Assembly: GCA_964016885.1 (NCBI GenBank)
Contig: OZ024754.1
Coordinates: 42,532,001-42,596,000, forward strand
Length of the DNA: 64,000 bases
Reading direction: 5' to 3'
Source of the DNA: Eledone cirrhosa
Taxonomy: Eukaryota
A program made the translations under genes and the position numbers. Positions 26,662-38,352 of this stretch are shown here, one piece after another. The notes under the pieces are model-generated. The model saw nothing but the letters and a program-made list of their open reading frames with translations. It did not search any database and was not told where the DNA came from. The first letter of the stretch is position 1. Each line of letters begins with the position of its first letter.

Positions 26662-27037
26662 GTGATAAAAGCCGACCTTACCCAATTACACCTCTCAAAG
26701 GCGATGACACACGACCGTGACCTCTGGCGTCAAGCAGTAATACAGAGTACCCGACCTCCCATGGGTACAAGCTGAAGCATATAGACAATATGCCCCACAC
26801 CTCCCACTGCAAAGTGGTCGTGGAGGTGCCACGGCAAAAAAGCACCCGGCCCACACTGTAAATGAGGTTGGTGTTAGGAAGGGCATCCAGCTGTAGAAAT
26901 CAAGCCAGAATCAGTTCCTGTATGAGCAAGGCATGGTCAGCCGACCAGACACTGCCCACAACAGGACAACCCGTCTAACCCATGCTAGCATGGAAGAACG
27001 GACGTAAAACGGTGATGATGATGATGATGATGATGAT
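26662..27037 (+). mobile_element. RTE LINE 3' fragment, close relative of the 21-kb copy
   Basis: VIKADLTQLHLSKAMTHDRDLWRQAVIQSTRPPMGT, matching 3' UTR and (GAT)n; inserted at the end of a (GTT)n tract. Confidence 0.92.
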
Positions 27038-27159
27038 ATATATATATATATATAAATATATATATATATTTATACACCATATATATATAAATATATATAT
27101 TTATATATATATATATATATCCAGGGAACGTAATGTGAAGTTACTGTCTCTGTGTATGT

Positions 27160-27418
27160 GGTATGTGTGTGTATTATAAGCCCCATGTGTGTGTGTATGT
27201 ATTATAAGTTCCATGTGTGTGTGTATGTATTATAAGTTCCATGTGTGTGTGTATGTATTATAAGTTCCATGTGTGTGTGTATGTATTATAAGTTCCATGT
27301 GTGTGTATGTATTATAAGCCCCATGTGTGTGTGTATGTATTATAAGTTCCATGTGTGTGTGTATGTATTATAAGTTCCATGTGTGTGTGTATGTATTATA
27401 AGTTCCATGTGTGTGTGT
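27160..27418. repeat. ~28-bp minisatellite (GTATTATAAGTTCCATGTGTGTGTGTAT)
   Basis: Direct tandem copies. Confidence 0.92.
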
Positions 27419-27519
27419 AGTGTTACAATAGGTGACCTGGGTTGTATGCAGTGACATACTTTTGTTGGATTTTCATTTGATCTGAACAGAATAACAGACA
27501 ATTGATTTGTCAGGATTGG

Positions 27520-28070
27520 GGAAAGATAGATAGATAGATAGATATATTTCTTTATTAGCCACAGGGGCACAAAAGAAGGGGACAAATACAAAGGGGATAG
27601 ATAGATAGATAGATAGAGAGATAGAGAGAGAGGGTGGGTAGAGGGAGAGTGAGGGAGAGAGATAGAGGGAGAGTGAGGGAGAGAGATAGAGGGAGAGAGA
27701 TAGATAGATATATTTCTTTATTAGCCACAGGGGCACAAAAGAAGGGGACAAATACAAAGGGGGAAGTTTACATACAATAAAAACGTGTAAAATGTTATCA
27801 CAGATGGAATTTAAAAGTTAGTCGATTTTCCCCAATAGAGGGAGACAGTTTATATGGGTAACACATACCCCCGAAAAAAATGTGCAACCCTCATCTCCAG
27901 GAGTACGAAGAGCTTGTACTCCTTTCCTCTCCTCCTCCTTTTCCTCAATCTACAGGCTGATATAGAGAGAAGGCCCATTCACTCGGGCCATTCTCGCCAC
28001 TTTCACCCACCTTTCATAAAACTTGCTGGGGTACAGCACCTCTCTCTCCATCCTGATTCTTCTTCCAATA
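27520..28070 (-). mobile_element. Probable LINE 3' end with duplicated terminus and (CTAT)n tail
   Basis: Short ORF end RRIRMEREVL...RWVKVARMARVNG, AATAAA then (CTAT)n; the last ~60 bp are duplicated (27540 and 27710). Clade uncertain. Confidence 0.45.
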
Positions 28071-28075
28071 GATAG

Positions 28076-28124
<49 letters not shown>

Positions 28125-28131
28125 AAGAAAT

Positions 28132-28167
<36 letters not shown>

Positions 28168-28208
28168 GCAAGCAGGGAAAAAGCGGACGTAAAATGAAAT
28201 GATGATGA

Positions 28209-28252
<44 letters not shown>

Positions 28253-28385
28253 GTTATTCCGGGTTGAATCGGAGGTAACCACAGTAAGTAAGGTACTCAA
28301 TACATAGCAGAGTATAAAAGTTTTAATATAGATGAGATTCTACAGGACTAGAACTGTTTCATTCATTAGAAATCATCAGGAATCA

Positions 28386-28434
28386 GATTCCTGATGATTT
28401 CTAATGAATGAAACAGTTCTAGTCCTGTAGAATC
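28386..28434 (+). ncRNA. Type-I hammerhead motif, mirrored on the - strand (28336..28384) by a perfect palindrome
   Basis: GATTC-CTGATGA-tTTC TAAT GAAt-GAAA-CAG-TTCTAGTC-CTG-TA^GAATC. Confidence 0.65.
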
Positions 28435-28735
28435 TCATCTATATATATATATATATATATGTAAAAGGTAAACAGAAATAACAACACAAACGGTACAGTA
28501 TATGGAAGGGATATATTAGGTTAACGAAGGACGATTTGTTAAGCCTTCAGTGCACCTGAGCACTGTACACGGTAATTTCATTATTATTATAATTGTTTCT
28601 ACTTTTGGCACAAGGCCAGCAATTACCCAAGTACATTACTGGTACTTTATTTTATCGACCTGGTAAAGATGAATTGCAAAGTTAACCTCGGCGGGATTTG
28701 AACTCAGACCATTATTATTATAATGTTTATTGATT

Positions 28736-28820
28736 GGTGACGCGCGTTTCGCTATTGATCAGCTCAAGGTTCGATCTATAACGATCTATCCCGACTCTGG
28801 AACCAAAAGCTCGTCAGACC
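28736..28820 (-). ncRNA. Type-I hammerhead ribozyme motif (Penelope pLTR/retrozyme-like)
   Basis: GGT-CTGACGA-GCT..AGC-GAAA-C-GCGC-G-TC^ACC, followed by AATAAA. Confidence 0.75.
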
Positions 28821-29236
28821 TCTGCTGTTGTAATGACAGAATGAGTTGTGCTTAATAAAGAAATTCTCAACATCATCATCATTACCATCATCAGCACTAC
28901 AGCTATCAATTCTCTTCATCATAAAGGCAGTGAATCTGGCAAGGATTCCAGAATGTACGATTTGATATTTTAGTTTTCGCTACAAATTCCCCACACCACC
29001 ACAACCGCCGCCACCACCACCGCCACTACCACCAACATCACCACCAATATCACCACCACCGCCGCCACCACCACCACCACCAACATCACCACCACCACCA
29101 CCGCCAACATTACCACCACCACCACCGCAAGGTGGATCAGTTATTTTTATATTCCTCTAGGATCAATAGAATTAGAAATAGTAATACACAGGTTTCTTTC
29201 AACCAGCTATTAAAACATATTTTCTTTTTTTTTTAA

Positions 29237-29442
29237 CCCTTTAACATTTTACCAGGCTACATCTGGCCAGAATTCTCTCTCCTCTTTCTCTTTAAACCGG
29301 CCATAACTGGCCACTTATACCTACGTTAAGGTATTGTTCTCAAAATAAATATCAAAATCTCGTAGATTCGATATTATGTGAGCTAAAGCCTTCACTGTGA
29401 AAATACAATAGTAAATATAAGAGTAATGTAAATGCTAAAGGG
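29237..29442. mobile_element. piggyBac-type MITE family A. Other copies: 44951..45158, ~48258..48425, 58801..59012, ~61783..62035, 62571..62755
   Basis: TTAA|CCCTTTA(G/A)CATTT...AAATGCTAAAGGG|TTAA termini; shared ~200-bp body. Confidence 0.85.
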
Positions 29443-29566
29443 TTAAGCAGAAAAGATATCCTTAATTTATATATATAGGGGTTAGTCAGCCTCATCGATA
29501 TAACGACAGCCGGAATAACTGTGGTAGTCGCTTTAAAACGATCAAATATGCGTATTCTTCAAAGAT

Positions 29567-29644
<78 letters not shown>

Positions 29645-30124
29645 CATACATATAAATATATCCTTGTGAAAGCATCGCAAGAATTCTTGTGCGGGGGAGT
29701 GAGAGATGATACGCGAAAACCTAGACTGGTCCAGTCAGCCTTAGCTAACACGCAGAATTAATCAATCCAAAATAGTATGATTCTATAAATCTTTTTCACG
29801 TGATTATATCTCTTATGACTGGCGAAATATTGGGAAGGAAGATGGCATTAATTCTCTGGTATGAAGGAATAAGATGATTCATACACGCACTAGCTCACTG
29901 TTTAATATATCACATGGCTAGCCGTGCCAATAGAACTACCAAACCATGACTTTTGCATTGAAATACTCACAGTTCGTAAAATTATACACTTTAATGACAG
30001 TAATAACTCAAAATTAATCGAAGAGTTTCTTTTTCTCTTCATTCATAACATATTTACGTCTAGAATTAAAGGTTTGTATTAAAATAGACAAAATTTACGT
30101 CTGCTTAAATTGTTGAATTTCTAC

Positions 30125-30350
30125 CTCTCTACGCATGCGTACCTAGTAAACAACTTCCGTTTACAGAATTTTGGAATATTGAATTAGGTAGACTTATTTA
30201 TTGGGGTTTATTTTGTCTTTCATTTTTATATTTATTTATTTTTATCAGCAGAATCATTGCTTACCGTTTTATGAATAAGAATCTCATGTTTTTTTGTTGT
30301 TTTTTAATATGGTTTAGTTAATATAGTTTGTTGTTAGCGCCATTTTCAAA
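30125..30350 (+). promoter_or_regulatory. Probable housekeeping promoter and non-coding exon 1 of the ARL14EP-like gene
   Basis: NRF1-like palindrome TACGCATGCGTA (~30130), ETS-like ACTTCCG (~30153), donor AG|GTAGAC at 30188, YY1-like CGCCATTTT (~30338). Confidence 0.5.
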
Positions 30351-30905
30351 GCCTCATAAAGCAGCATGTATTCTGAGCAATCAAAACAAAATGATTGCAA
30401 CTCATATCTTTGCCGAATGTACCACACTGATAAATTTACGTCTATTCACTGGTCTAGACAATTGTTTCGGATTCATTCGTTCATTTATTTAATGGAAACC
30501 AGTTGATACAAGGATCTCATCTCTTTTCCTCCCTTGTCTTTGTCATAAAAATGTATAATAATAATAAAGACTGTGAACGAATATAGATGAAGCTGAGTAA
30601 ATCTCCATCAGAATAAAATTATATTGCTTGCAATCTGTGAGTCATCGTGTATAACGCCATAACAAGAGGAACAACCATCGGTTTACAGAGAGCAGTTCAG
30701 AAACATTAAAACACTCATCAGCGACAACTAAATTAGATCAAGCTGAAAATTAAATTTCTAATCAAGTTATATTAATAAAACAAAGGAAAAAATAACATCG
30801 GAACTTTTTTTTTTTCGTTATTCGATTTTTCTGTCATTCCTTTGTTTACAATGGATTCGCTTCTAACGTGGTCAGTTGTAATTAGGTTTCAGTCTTCCGA
30901 TCTTC

Positions 30906-31397
30906 ATGTTAGACCAAGAAAAGTCCACCAAGAAGATAATGACCTGTGAAATAACTAGAAAACACTCAGCTTATGAAATGTTTGAAGTCGAAGAACTGCC
31001 AAGCACGATGGAAGATATGATCAACAATACATCTCTAGGTTTGACTAATAACATTGGTCCTTTGTCTCCGAAATCTGACCACTCGAATAGCAATGATACC
31101 GACAAACAGGGACAAGTAGAAGAAAATACTTTAAGTGTGTCCTCAGACAGTTCGATTTCGTGTATTAAAAAGATTGTTCCGAAAAAATCTGGTCGCCAGT
31201 TAACAAAAGTACAAGAAATGGACAGAGAGTTAACAGGATGGATAAGGGGTATCCATGCTGATGGTAAACTTAACGAACTGACTCGTGAAATGATCATCGA
31301 AAAGGGTCGACTTATTGCCAAAGTGAAGAAAATCTTGGATTTTGCTGGTACTACAAATTGGTACACGAGGTTTTTAAGACGGAATTTCTCCGAAACT
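30906..31397 (+). CDS. ARL14EP: ARL14EP-like gene, first coding exon (164 aa), ending in a CENP-B/pogo-type HTH (EMDRELTGWIR...LTREMIIEKG...DFAGTTNWYTRFLRRN)
   Basis: Non-repetitive open frame from ATG 30906, phase-0 donor GTAAGT at 31398, joins in frame to 33071. Confidence 0.75.
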
Positions 31398-31539
31398 GTA
31401 AGTATTATTATTTCTAGATTGTATTCCATACTTTTCTGAGGAATTACTTGTATATATTTTAAAGTTATTTATCTTGTGCCTCTTCCATATCTCTGTGACT
31501 TTTAGATTTCCTAGGTATGACATTATGGCAAAGATCCCC

Positions 31540-31757
31540 GTTATTGTTAGAGTGTCGGACATTATGCTTTGCGGCATAGAGTTACGACCCTTTACGTTCT
31601 GAGTTCAAATCCCGCCGAGGTTGGCTTTGCTTTTCATCCTTACAGGGTCGATAAAATAAAGTACCAGTGATGCACTGGGTCAATTTAATCGATTTGTCTC
31701 CCCCCCCCCCCCCAAAAAAAAAAAAATTGTTGGCCTTGTGCCTAAATCAGAAAACAT
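31540..31757 (+). mobile_element. tRNA-derived SINE (representative copy). Others at ~4360-4625, 14515-14705, 20420-20512, 23340-23485, 25642-25830, 28590-28710, 39473-39805, 59465-59730, 61390-61750, 63335-63500
   Basis: B-box GTTCAAATCCC, conserved core GCCTTTCATCCTTACGGGGTCGATAAAATAAAGTACCAGT, 3' GGCCTTGTGCC..AGAAAC and (ATT)n; repeated more than ten times in both orientations. Confidence 0.85.
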
Positions 31758-32130
31758 TTTATATACTTTTATTTAGATTTAAACCTAAAGTGGAAACAAA
31801 AATCTAGAAAAAACCCCAGAGATATCACTTAGCTAGAATTATATTTTAACCAGATAGTTTTAACAATGATCGATATATAAACAGGTATACAGCAGTTGAA
31901 GAAGCTCAACTGAAATCACGTGATCATATTGAATTAATTATTTTTCTAATCAATAGTAGTTATTGCAAACATGCTTAATGTAATTAACATAATTGATCAA
32001 ATTAAGCACTGAAAAACAAGATATTAACTCAATGTCTAATAATATTTTTATCATTTTGGCAAATATGGGAAACAACACCCGACAGGCTTCAGTCTTATTT
32101 GACCTCTTAAGCGTGAGAGAACTAGTACAG

Positions 32131-32460
32131 TAATATTACACCAGTTTCACTTTGGAGGTGAATATTACACCAGTTTCACTTTGGAAGTGAATATTACACC
32201 GATTTCACTTTGGAGGTGAATATTACACCGGTTTCATTTTGGAAGTGAATATTACACCAGTTTCACTTTGGAATATTACACCAGTTTCACTTTGGAGGTG
32301 AATATTACACTGGTTTCACTTTGGAAGTGAATATTACACCAGTTTCACTTTGGAATATTACACCAGTTTCACTTTGGAGGTGAATATTACACTGGTTTCA
32401 CTTTGGAAGTGAATATTACACCAGTTTCACTGTGAAAGTGAATATTACACTGGTTTTGCT
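32131..32460. repeat. 29-bp minisatellite in an ARL14EP intron
   Basis: GAATATTACACCAGTTTCACTTTGGA(A/G)GT repeated about 11 times. Confidence 0.93.
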
Positions 32461-32749
32461 TTCGATGTTAAATTCATATATCTTATTGTTTTTTATGTTT
32501 TGAATGAATATTGTCTTCAAAACAGTTGGTAATTGGTAAAAATTCATTACATAATGGAGTTGTGAAACAAAAACTATCCTCTAAATGACACTTAAAACAT
32601 TTTAAATATCAAAATATTAAAACTTCATAAATATATTCTCTACTCATGAGAATTTCAAAACCTCGCCATCTAAACATTAATGTGTTATTGATCAGCTGCC
32701 TGGACTTATACTCAAGGTTTGGAGTTTTACCTATTTCTCACGTGGTTAT

Positions 32750-32990
32750 AATGTTTCAGGAAAGAATTGCTGGACAGATTTTATGGGTAAAACCAACCGG
32801 CAAAAAACCCAGGGATAGACCCAGAGCAAGATGGTTGGATAACATCCATGAGCTTGGCTGGTCTCGCTTGGGGATCCAGCCGGATCAGTTAGTGATGGCT
32901 GCTTCTGACAGGACCCGCTGGAAGGAGTGTTTGAGGACTCTGTCCCCAACGACCCTCTCAGGATTAAGTGGGCAAAGAAGAAGTAAAACA
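32750..32990 (+). mobile_element. LINE (RTE-like, second family) C-terminal fragment; second copy at ~55775..56010
   Basis: ERIAGQIL..KPTGKKPRDRPRARWLDNI...AASDRTRW; homologous DNA at 55775..56010. Confidence 0.7.
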
Positions 32991-33070
32991 AAAGAATTAT
33001 GTAAAATATTTATACTCTAATGTTTAGTTTCTATTAGAAATATAATAATTGTCTCTATTCTTTTAAATAG

Positions 33071-33192
33071 GATGTCGGCAAACATTTGAAAATGCTTTCT
33101 CCCATTAATTCTGTCAAATTTATGGAAGATTTTGATCCAGAAAAAAGTAGCAGGGAAATGCGGAAAATGAACCGCCGGATCTATCGAGAGAA
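33071..33192 (+). CDS. ARL14EP: ARL14EP-like coding exon 2 (DVGKHLKMLSPINSVKFMEDFDPEKSSREMRKMNRRIYRE)
   Basis: Acceptor aaatAG, donor GTATGT (phase 2). FDPE..REMRKMNR.IY resembles the motif before the Cys-rich domain in invertebrate ARL14EP. Confidence 0.85.
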
Positions 33193-33739
33193 GTATGTTT
33201 TATGTTTCTTCGTTACTTAACGTGTTTTATTTCTCAGTATTATGACCTAAGATCAAATTAGGTTTTGTTCCTTAACCCTTTTCATACAAACTTCATCATC
33301 ATCATCATTTTTCCACACTTGCAAAGGTTGCATGGGTCTTTCTCAGCATAGCATCTCTCCACTTGTTGCGTTCCTTTGTTATCTCTTCATACCAGCTCTC
33401 ACCACCTCAGCCTGGCTTTTCCTTGGTTGTCTTTTATTATGGCTTCCTTCCACTGGGATTTCCTGCCACTTCTTCACCCAGTGATCATCGTCCATGCGTA
33501 TAACATGTCCATACCAACGCAGTCTTTTCTCCTCCACACCCCCTTAGATTTCTCTTAAACCCAGCTTCTCCCAGCTCTGACTTTCTCTATAAACCCTAGC
33601 TTAATAATAATAAAGTTCTAGTTCTAAATTCTTCTAAATTCTTGATTATAGCCTTTCACTAGGAATACGGTAAGAAAAGTGTTAAATATTATTTAGCCAC
33701 TTCAACATTAATTCAAAAAGTAGGCTGTTCCATTGATTG

Positions 33740-34210
33740 AACAGTGGCGGAGGGTGTGCAGAGAGTATAATAGCTTGAATAAGGATAGGATGGAAGAAGT
33801 TTAGGGAACTGCTCTCATTGCTAATAACAAGGTTTCTCCCTACGTACAAAAGGACGACTGTATGATGCGTATGTGTGGTGTGCAATGCTGCATAGTAGTG
33901 AAGCATGGTCTGTGACTGGAGAGAAATGAAGCAACCATGTTTTGTTGGATGTGCAATATAAATGTGATAGAAAGGCAGAGCTTGGACGAGCTGAGAGAGA
34001 AGCTGGACTTAAAGGGAATCGGAGATGGTGTACAGGAGAGAAGACTGCGTTGTTGTAGACATGTGATGCATATGTATGTGTATATATCATCATCATCATC
34101 ATCGTTTAACGTCCATCTTCCACGCTGGCATGAGTTAGACGGTTTTGTTCCATTTGATGTGAGAATGGTTGAGCGACTGTGTGTCGCTCGTGCGGAAGTG
34201 TCTCTGACAA
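33740..34210. mobile_element. Decayed RTE ORF fragment (+) abutting an inverted RTE tail (-), in an ARL14EP intron
   Basis: GWKKFRELL, WMCNINV, VQERRLR remnants; CATCATCAT-CGTTTAACGTCC tail on the opposite strand. Confidence 0.75.
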
Positions 34211-34212
34211 TA

Positions 34213-34277
<65 letters not shown>

Positions 34278-34406
34278 TATATGTAAGTATATATTTTAAT
34301 TATATTTTCAATTACCAAAGTATATTTTTGTAAAATACCTTTTCAAGAGAGATATTGATATTTCATTTGAAATATTGTTATATTTTATTTTATTTATTAT
34401 ATTAAG

Positions 34407-34635
34407 CATGAAAACCAACCAAATGTATGATGAAACTGGTCGACTTCTGGACAACAGCAAAGACGTTTGTGATTGCTTGGATGAGGACTGCCCTGGATGT
34501 CACTTTCCTTGTAGCAAATGTGGTTCTGAGAAATGTGGCACTGAGTGTCGCTGTAATCGGAAGTGGATATATGAAGTTGTGGAAATTGAAGGATCAAATC
34601 TAGTGATTAGAAATATTTCTGTAGCTCTCTACTGA
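34407..34635 (+). CDS. ARL14EP: ARL14EP-like last coding exon, Cys-rich ARF7EP_C domain
   Basis: YDETGRLL...[44 protein letters not shown] matches the ARL14EP C-terminal motif [42 protein letters not shown]. Phase-2 acceptor attAAG; TGA ends at 34635. Confidence 0.93.
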
Positions 34636-36239
34636 CTTCAGGGAAAATTGTCCATTCAACTTTTCATCCCTGCATACATAATACTTATCACCATGCCTTT
34701 CATATCCTATACTTGTTCTACCTCTGCTCTACATATCAACAATTAACCCGTTCATTACCGCATTTCTAATGAAATACTCTCTATTTGAATTAAGTAATGA
34801 AACATTTTGAAGGATTTCCTAAAATTATTAATTATTTAAGGGCATTAACTCTAACATAGCTTTGTATATGAAATATGTGAAGTTGTATATCTTGTGATAT
34901 ACGGTATGTTTATAAATAATCATTTTGAAAGCCGTGAGCTATGAATTTGAAAACTAATAGCATAGCGCCATCTAGTGTGTTCCGACAGAAGATAATATCT
35001 TAATGTAAGGGTTCTTATATGAAATTATGTTGGCAGATTTTAATTAAGATTGGAAACCTTTAAAATGGGTGTTTTTATTTCATAGAACCGGAGCTGGTTT
35101 TGGCTGGGTTGGTAACTAAAGGGTTAATCTATCATATATATAAAAGTTGTCATTATATTTTCCATATCATCGCAAACAGATGGCCGTCAACCAACTAACT
35201 TTTATGATCGTCCTGCCTAAACTTCATTTCATTTCACATCACAATACAGACTAATGTTGTACTTGTTTGTGTGATTGTTGTTATTGTCATGGTTACTATT
35301 AGTTAGCTAGTAAAAGTGTGTGATCAAAGATTAGTGTGTTGGGCTCATAATTGTAAGGTCCTGGATTTGGTTCTTGAACTGGGAAGCATATTGTATCTTT
35401 GAGAAAAATTCTTCATTTCACATTGTTGTAGTCCACTCAGTTGAAAAAAAATAAGTACCAGAATCAGCTGGGAGTTAACTCTGTGATGGACTTTTGTCTC
35501 ATCCAGGGGTTAGTCTTGTACTCACAGTCACTTGAAACTGGGATAAACTCCCATTAGATATTCACTAGTATAATATTAATGTGATGATGGTATTGTGAAT
35601 GTTAACATACTATCATTTGGCCTCAAAATAGTTAACTGAATTGGAGATGTTAAGAAAGGTATTTCTTGAGCCTAGAAGTTCATAAGGTTAGAGTTGATCC
35701 CTGTTTCATTGGTGTTAAGCACCCAGTCTGAGAATTGAACCTACAACCATAATCCCCACACTCTAATCTCATATTACAAAAGGTTTCTGATAGGTTAAAA
35801 TCAGCAATATGTGGTCAACTGGTCATCTGGTCCCTCCAGCTTCACGGCAACAGGTCACTACACTCTTCTATCCTTTTCTGTCTCTGGCAAGGGGTTGGTG
35901 CTTGAAACTAGTTTGTGTCACACCTGTGCAGGTCATTTTTTAGGGTGCATCTCAGAGGTCTTCTTTGTTCTACCTTTTGATCTTTTCCCACCAGCTGCCA
36001 ACTGGTAATATTACACTACTAAAGCAAATGCTTTGTTAATCACCAGTATTCAGCTCAAATTTCATCATCATCATCATCATTTAACATCTATTTCTGTAGT
36101 GTAAAGGATATGAGAAATAGAACTCTCCCCACCTGGTAAACTTCTGGGCTGTGTTAGTTCTATTTGTGGAAGTAATATGTCACATCTAATGAAATACTAA
36201 TTTTATTGTACTGTTGCTGTTTATCTCACCCCAGAACTA

Positions 36240-36432
36240 GGTGGACCTATAACTGTGTGACCCTATAACAGTGTGGACCTATAACTGTGTGACCCTATAA
36301 CAGTGTGGACCTATAACTGTGACCGTATAACTGTATGACCCTATAACAGTGTGACCCTATAACTGTGTGACCCTACAACTGTGTGACCCTACAAACTGTG
36401 TGATCCTATAACGGTGTGGACCTATAAGTGTG
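36240..36432. repeat. 16-17-bp minisatellite (TGTGACCCTATAACTG)
   Basis: Direct tandem copies. Confidence 0.88.
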
Positions 36433-36975
36433 TTGGTCATTTCAATATTGTTCACAGGTTATGAAGTACCAACACCTTAGCTAGATGTTCAATACCCTAT
36501 CAATCAACCATTTATCTTATTGACCTGCTTAAATGAAAGTTAGAATAAACCTTAGCTACGATTCAAACAGCTTTGACCTATTTAATCTGTTGCTTTCGAA
36601 TTATTGGCTGCCCCCCCGTTCCATAAACTGTGTCACCGTACATATGCTTGTCTGCTTTTATATACAATGTCATACATAGTTCACACATAAAACAAATTTT
36701 ATGATGCTTGTTTTCAAATTGTCATTTGGCTAAGTCATGTTAAATGACATCTCATCGTTGTTTTCATAAAACAAACTTTCTTCCATTTTCACAACATCAG
36801 CAAATATCAACAGTGATGCATATTAACTGCTGCATTTTATATACAAAATATGAGGCCCTCATTTCATTGTTTGCTCCAGCGTCTAAGTCTTGTACGAAGT
36901 GCTAGTATGTATATAATGTATGTGTGTATATACATATATATATATAGTTATGTAATAAACAACACAAGATAATTA

Positions 36976-37032
36976 TTTCATTTACAAGTTGTTTCTTGAA
37001 GACATGTTTCTGTCTTCAGTCGTCAGAATTTC
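36976..37032 (-). ncRNA. Type-I hammerhead-like motif; related copy at ~17013..17085 (-)
   Basis: ATT-CTGACGA-c TGAAGACA GAAACA TGTCTTCA a-GAAA-CAACTTG-TA^AAT. Confidence 0.55.
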
Positions 37033-37951
37033 CGTCGGAAATACTTCATTTACACACACACATATATATAAGAAATGTAAATCTGAGCTTTTTGAATATT
37101 AATAATAATATGAACGAGACAACCAATCTTACCTCAAGTGGGACAATTCCCGTCTAAACCCATGCTAGCATGAAAGATAGACGTTAAACGATGTTGATGA
37201 TGATTCGATTCGTTTGCAATTATGCTATAATATATAATATTCGAATAGCTCAGATATACATTTCTTCTATTCAGCCATGTAGAGTGATAAAACTATTTGT
37301 TAGTTATATATATATTTATATATATGTGTATATATATATATGGTGCTCTCATTTCATTCTTCACTCCAACCTCTAAGTCTTGTATGAAGTGCTAATAAAT
37401 ATATATGCAATTTTTTTCATGGCTTCTGTTTTGTCATTAAAGTTTCAAAAGTTTCATTGAATGTGTCATACCAGCATTTTGAAAATATATAAACAGTTTA
37501 TTATGGAGGTGGTTAACCTAACTGTGAGTCCTGTAGTATTAGTAGACTAAAAGATTTACCCACTCCTCTTCATACCACCTAACTGTAAGTCCTGTAGTAT
37601 TAGTAGACTAAAAGATGGTTAATAACTTTGTGGGTGTTTACCAAGTCCATTGCCAGACGTCGGAGCTTCAATGAATCCGTGCCCAAGGAAGCAAGGCGTT
37701 CAGAGTATATATATATGGAGTGTGTGTATGTATATGTATGAAGTATGTATATATATGGGGTGTGTGTATGTATATGTAGAATGTGTATGGTATATATATA
37801 TATATACATGAGGTGTGTGTAAGAACACAACAAAAATATGAGCAAGAATACTCCATCATTGCTGTACCAATGATAGGAGCCCAGACAAGGGAGAAGGTTC
37901 TCTGGTGTGCAAGCTACCTTGTGGTGACAGAATAGAGACTCATTGCCCCAC

Positions 37952-38352
37952 GTTGTCAGGCCAACACCACTAAGTTGTCACCTCTGCCAGTGGTCAGGCC
38001 AACACCACTAAGTTGTCACCTCTGCCAGTGGTCAGGCCAACACCACTAAGTTGTCACCTCTGCCAGTGGTCAGGCCAACACCACTAAGTTGTCACCTCTG
38101 CCAGTGGTCAGGCCAACACCACCAAGTTGTCACCTCTGCCAGTGGTCAGGCCAACACCACCACGTCACCCCTACCAGTAGTCACGCCAACACCACCAAGT
38201 TGTCAACCCTGCCAGTGGTCACGCCAACACCACCAAGTTGTCACCCCTGCCAGTGGTCACGCCAACACCACCAAGTTGTCACCCCTACCAGTGGTCAGGC
38301 CAACACCACCAAGTTGTCACCCCTGCCAGTGGTCACGCCAACACCACCACGT
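37952..38352. repeat. 38-bp minisatellite, ~10 copies
   Basis: CAGGCCAACACCACTAAGTTGTCACCTCTGCCAGTGGT repeated. Confidence 0.93.

Noticed and set aside
31590-31620. tRNA gene suggested by GTTCAAATCCC
   Set aside because: No cloverleaf; it is the head of a multi-copy SINE.
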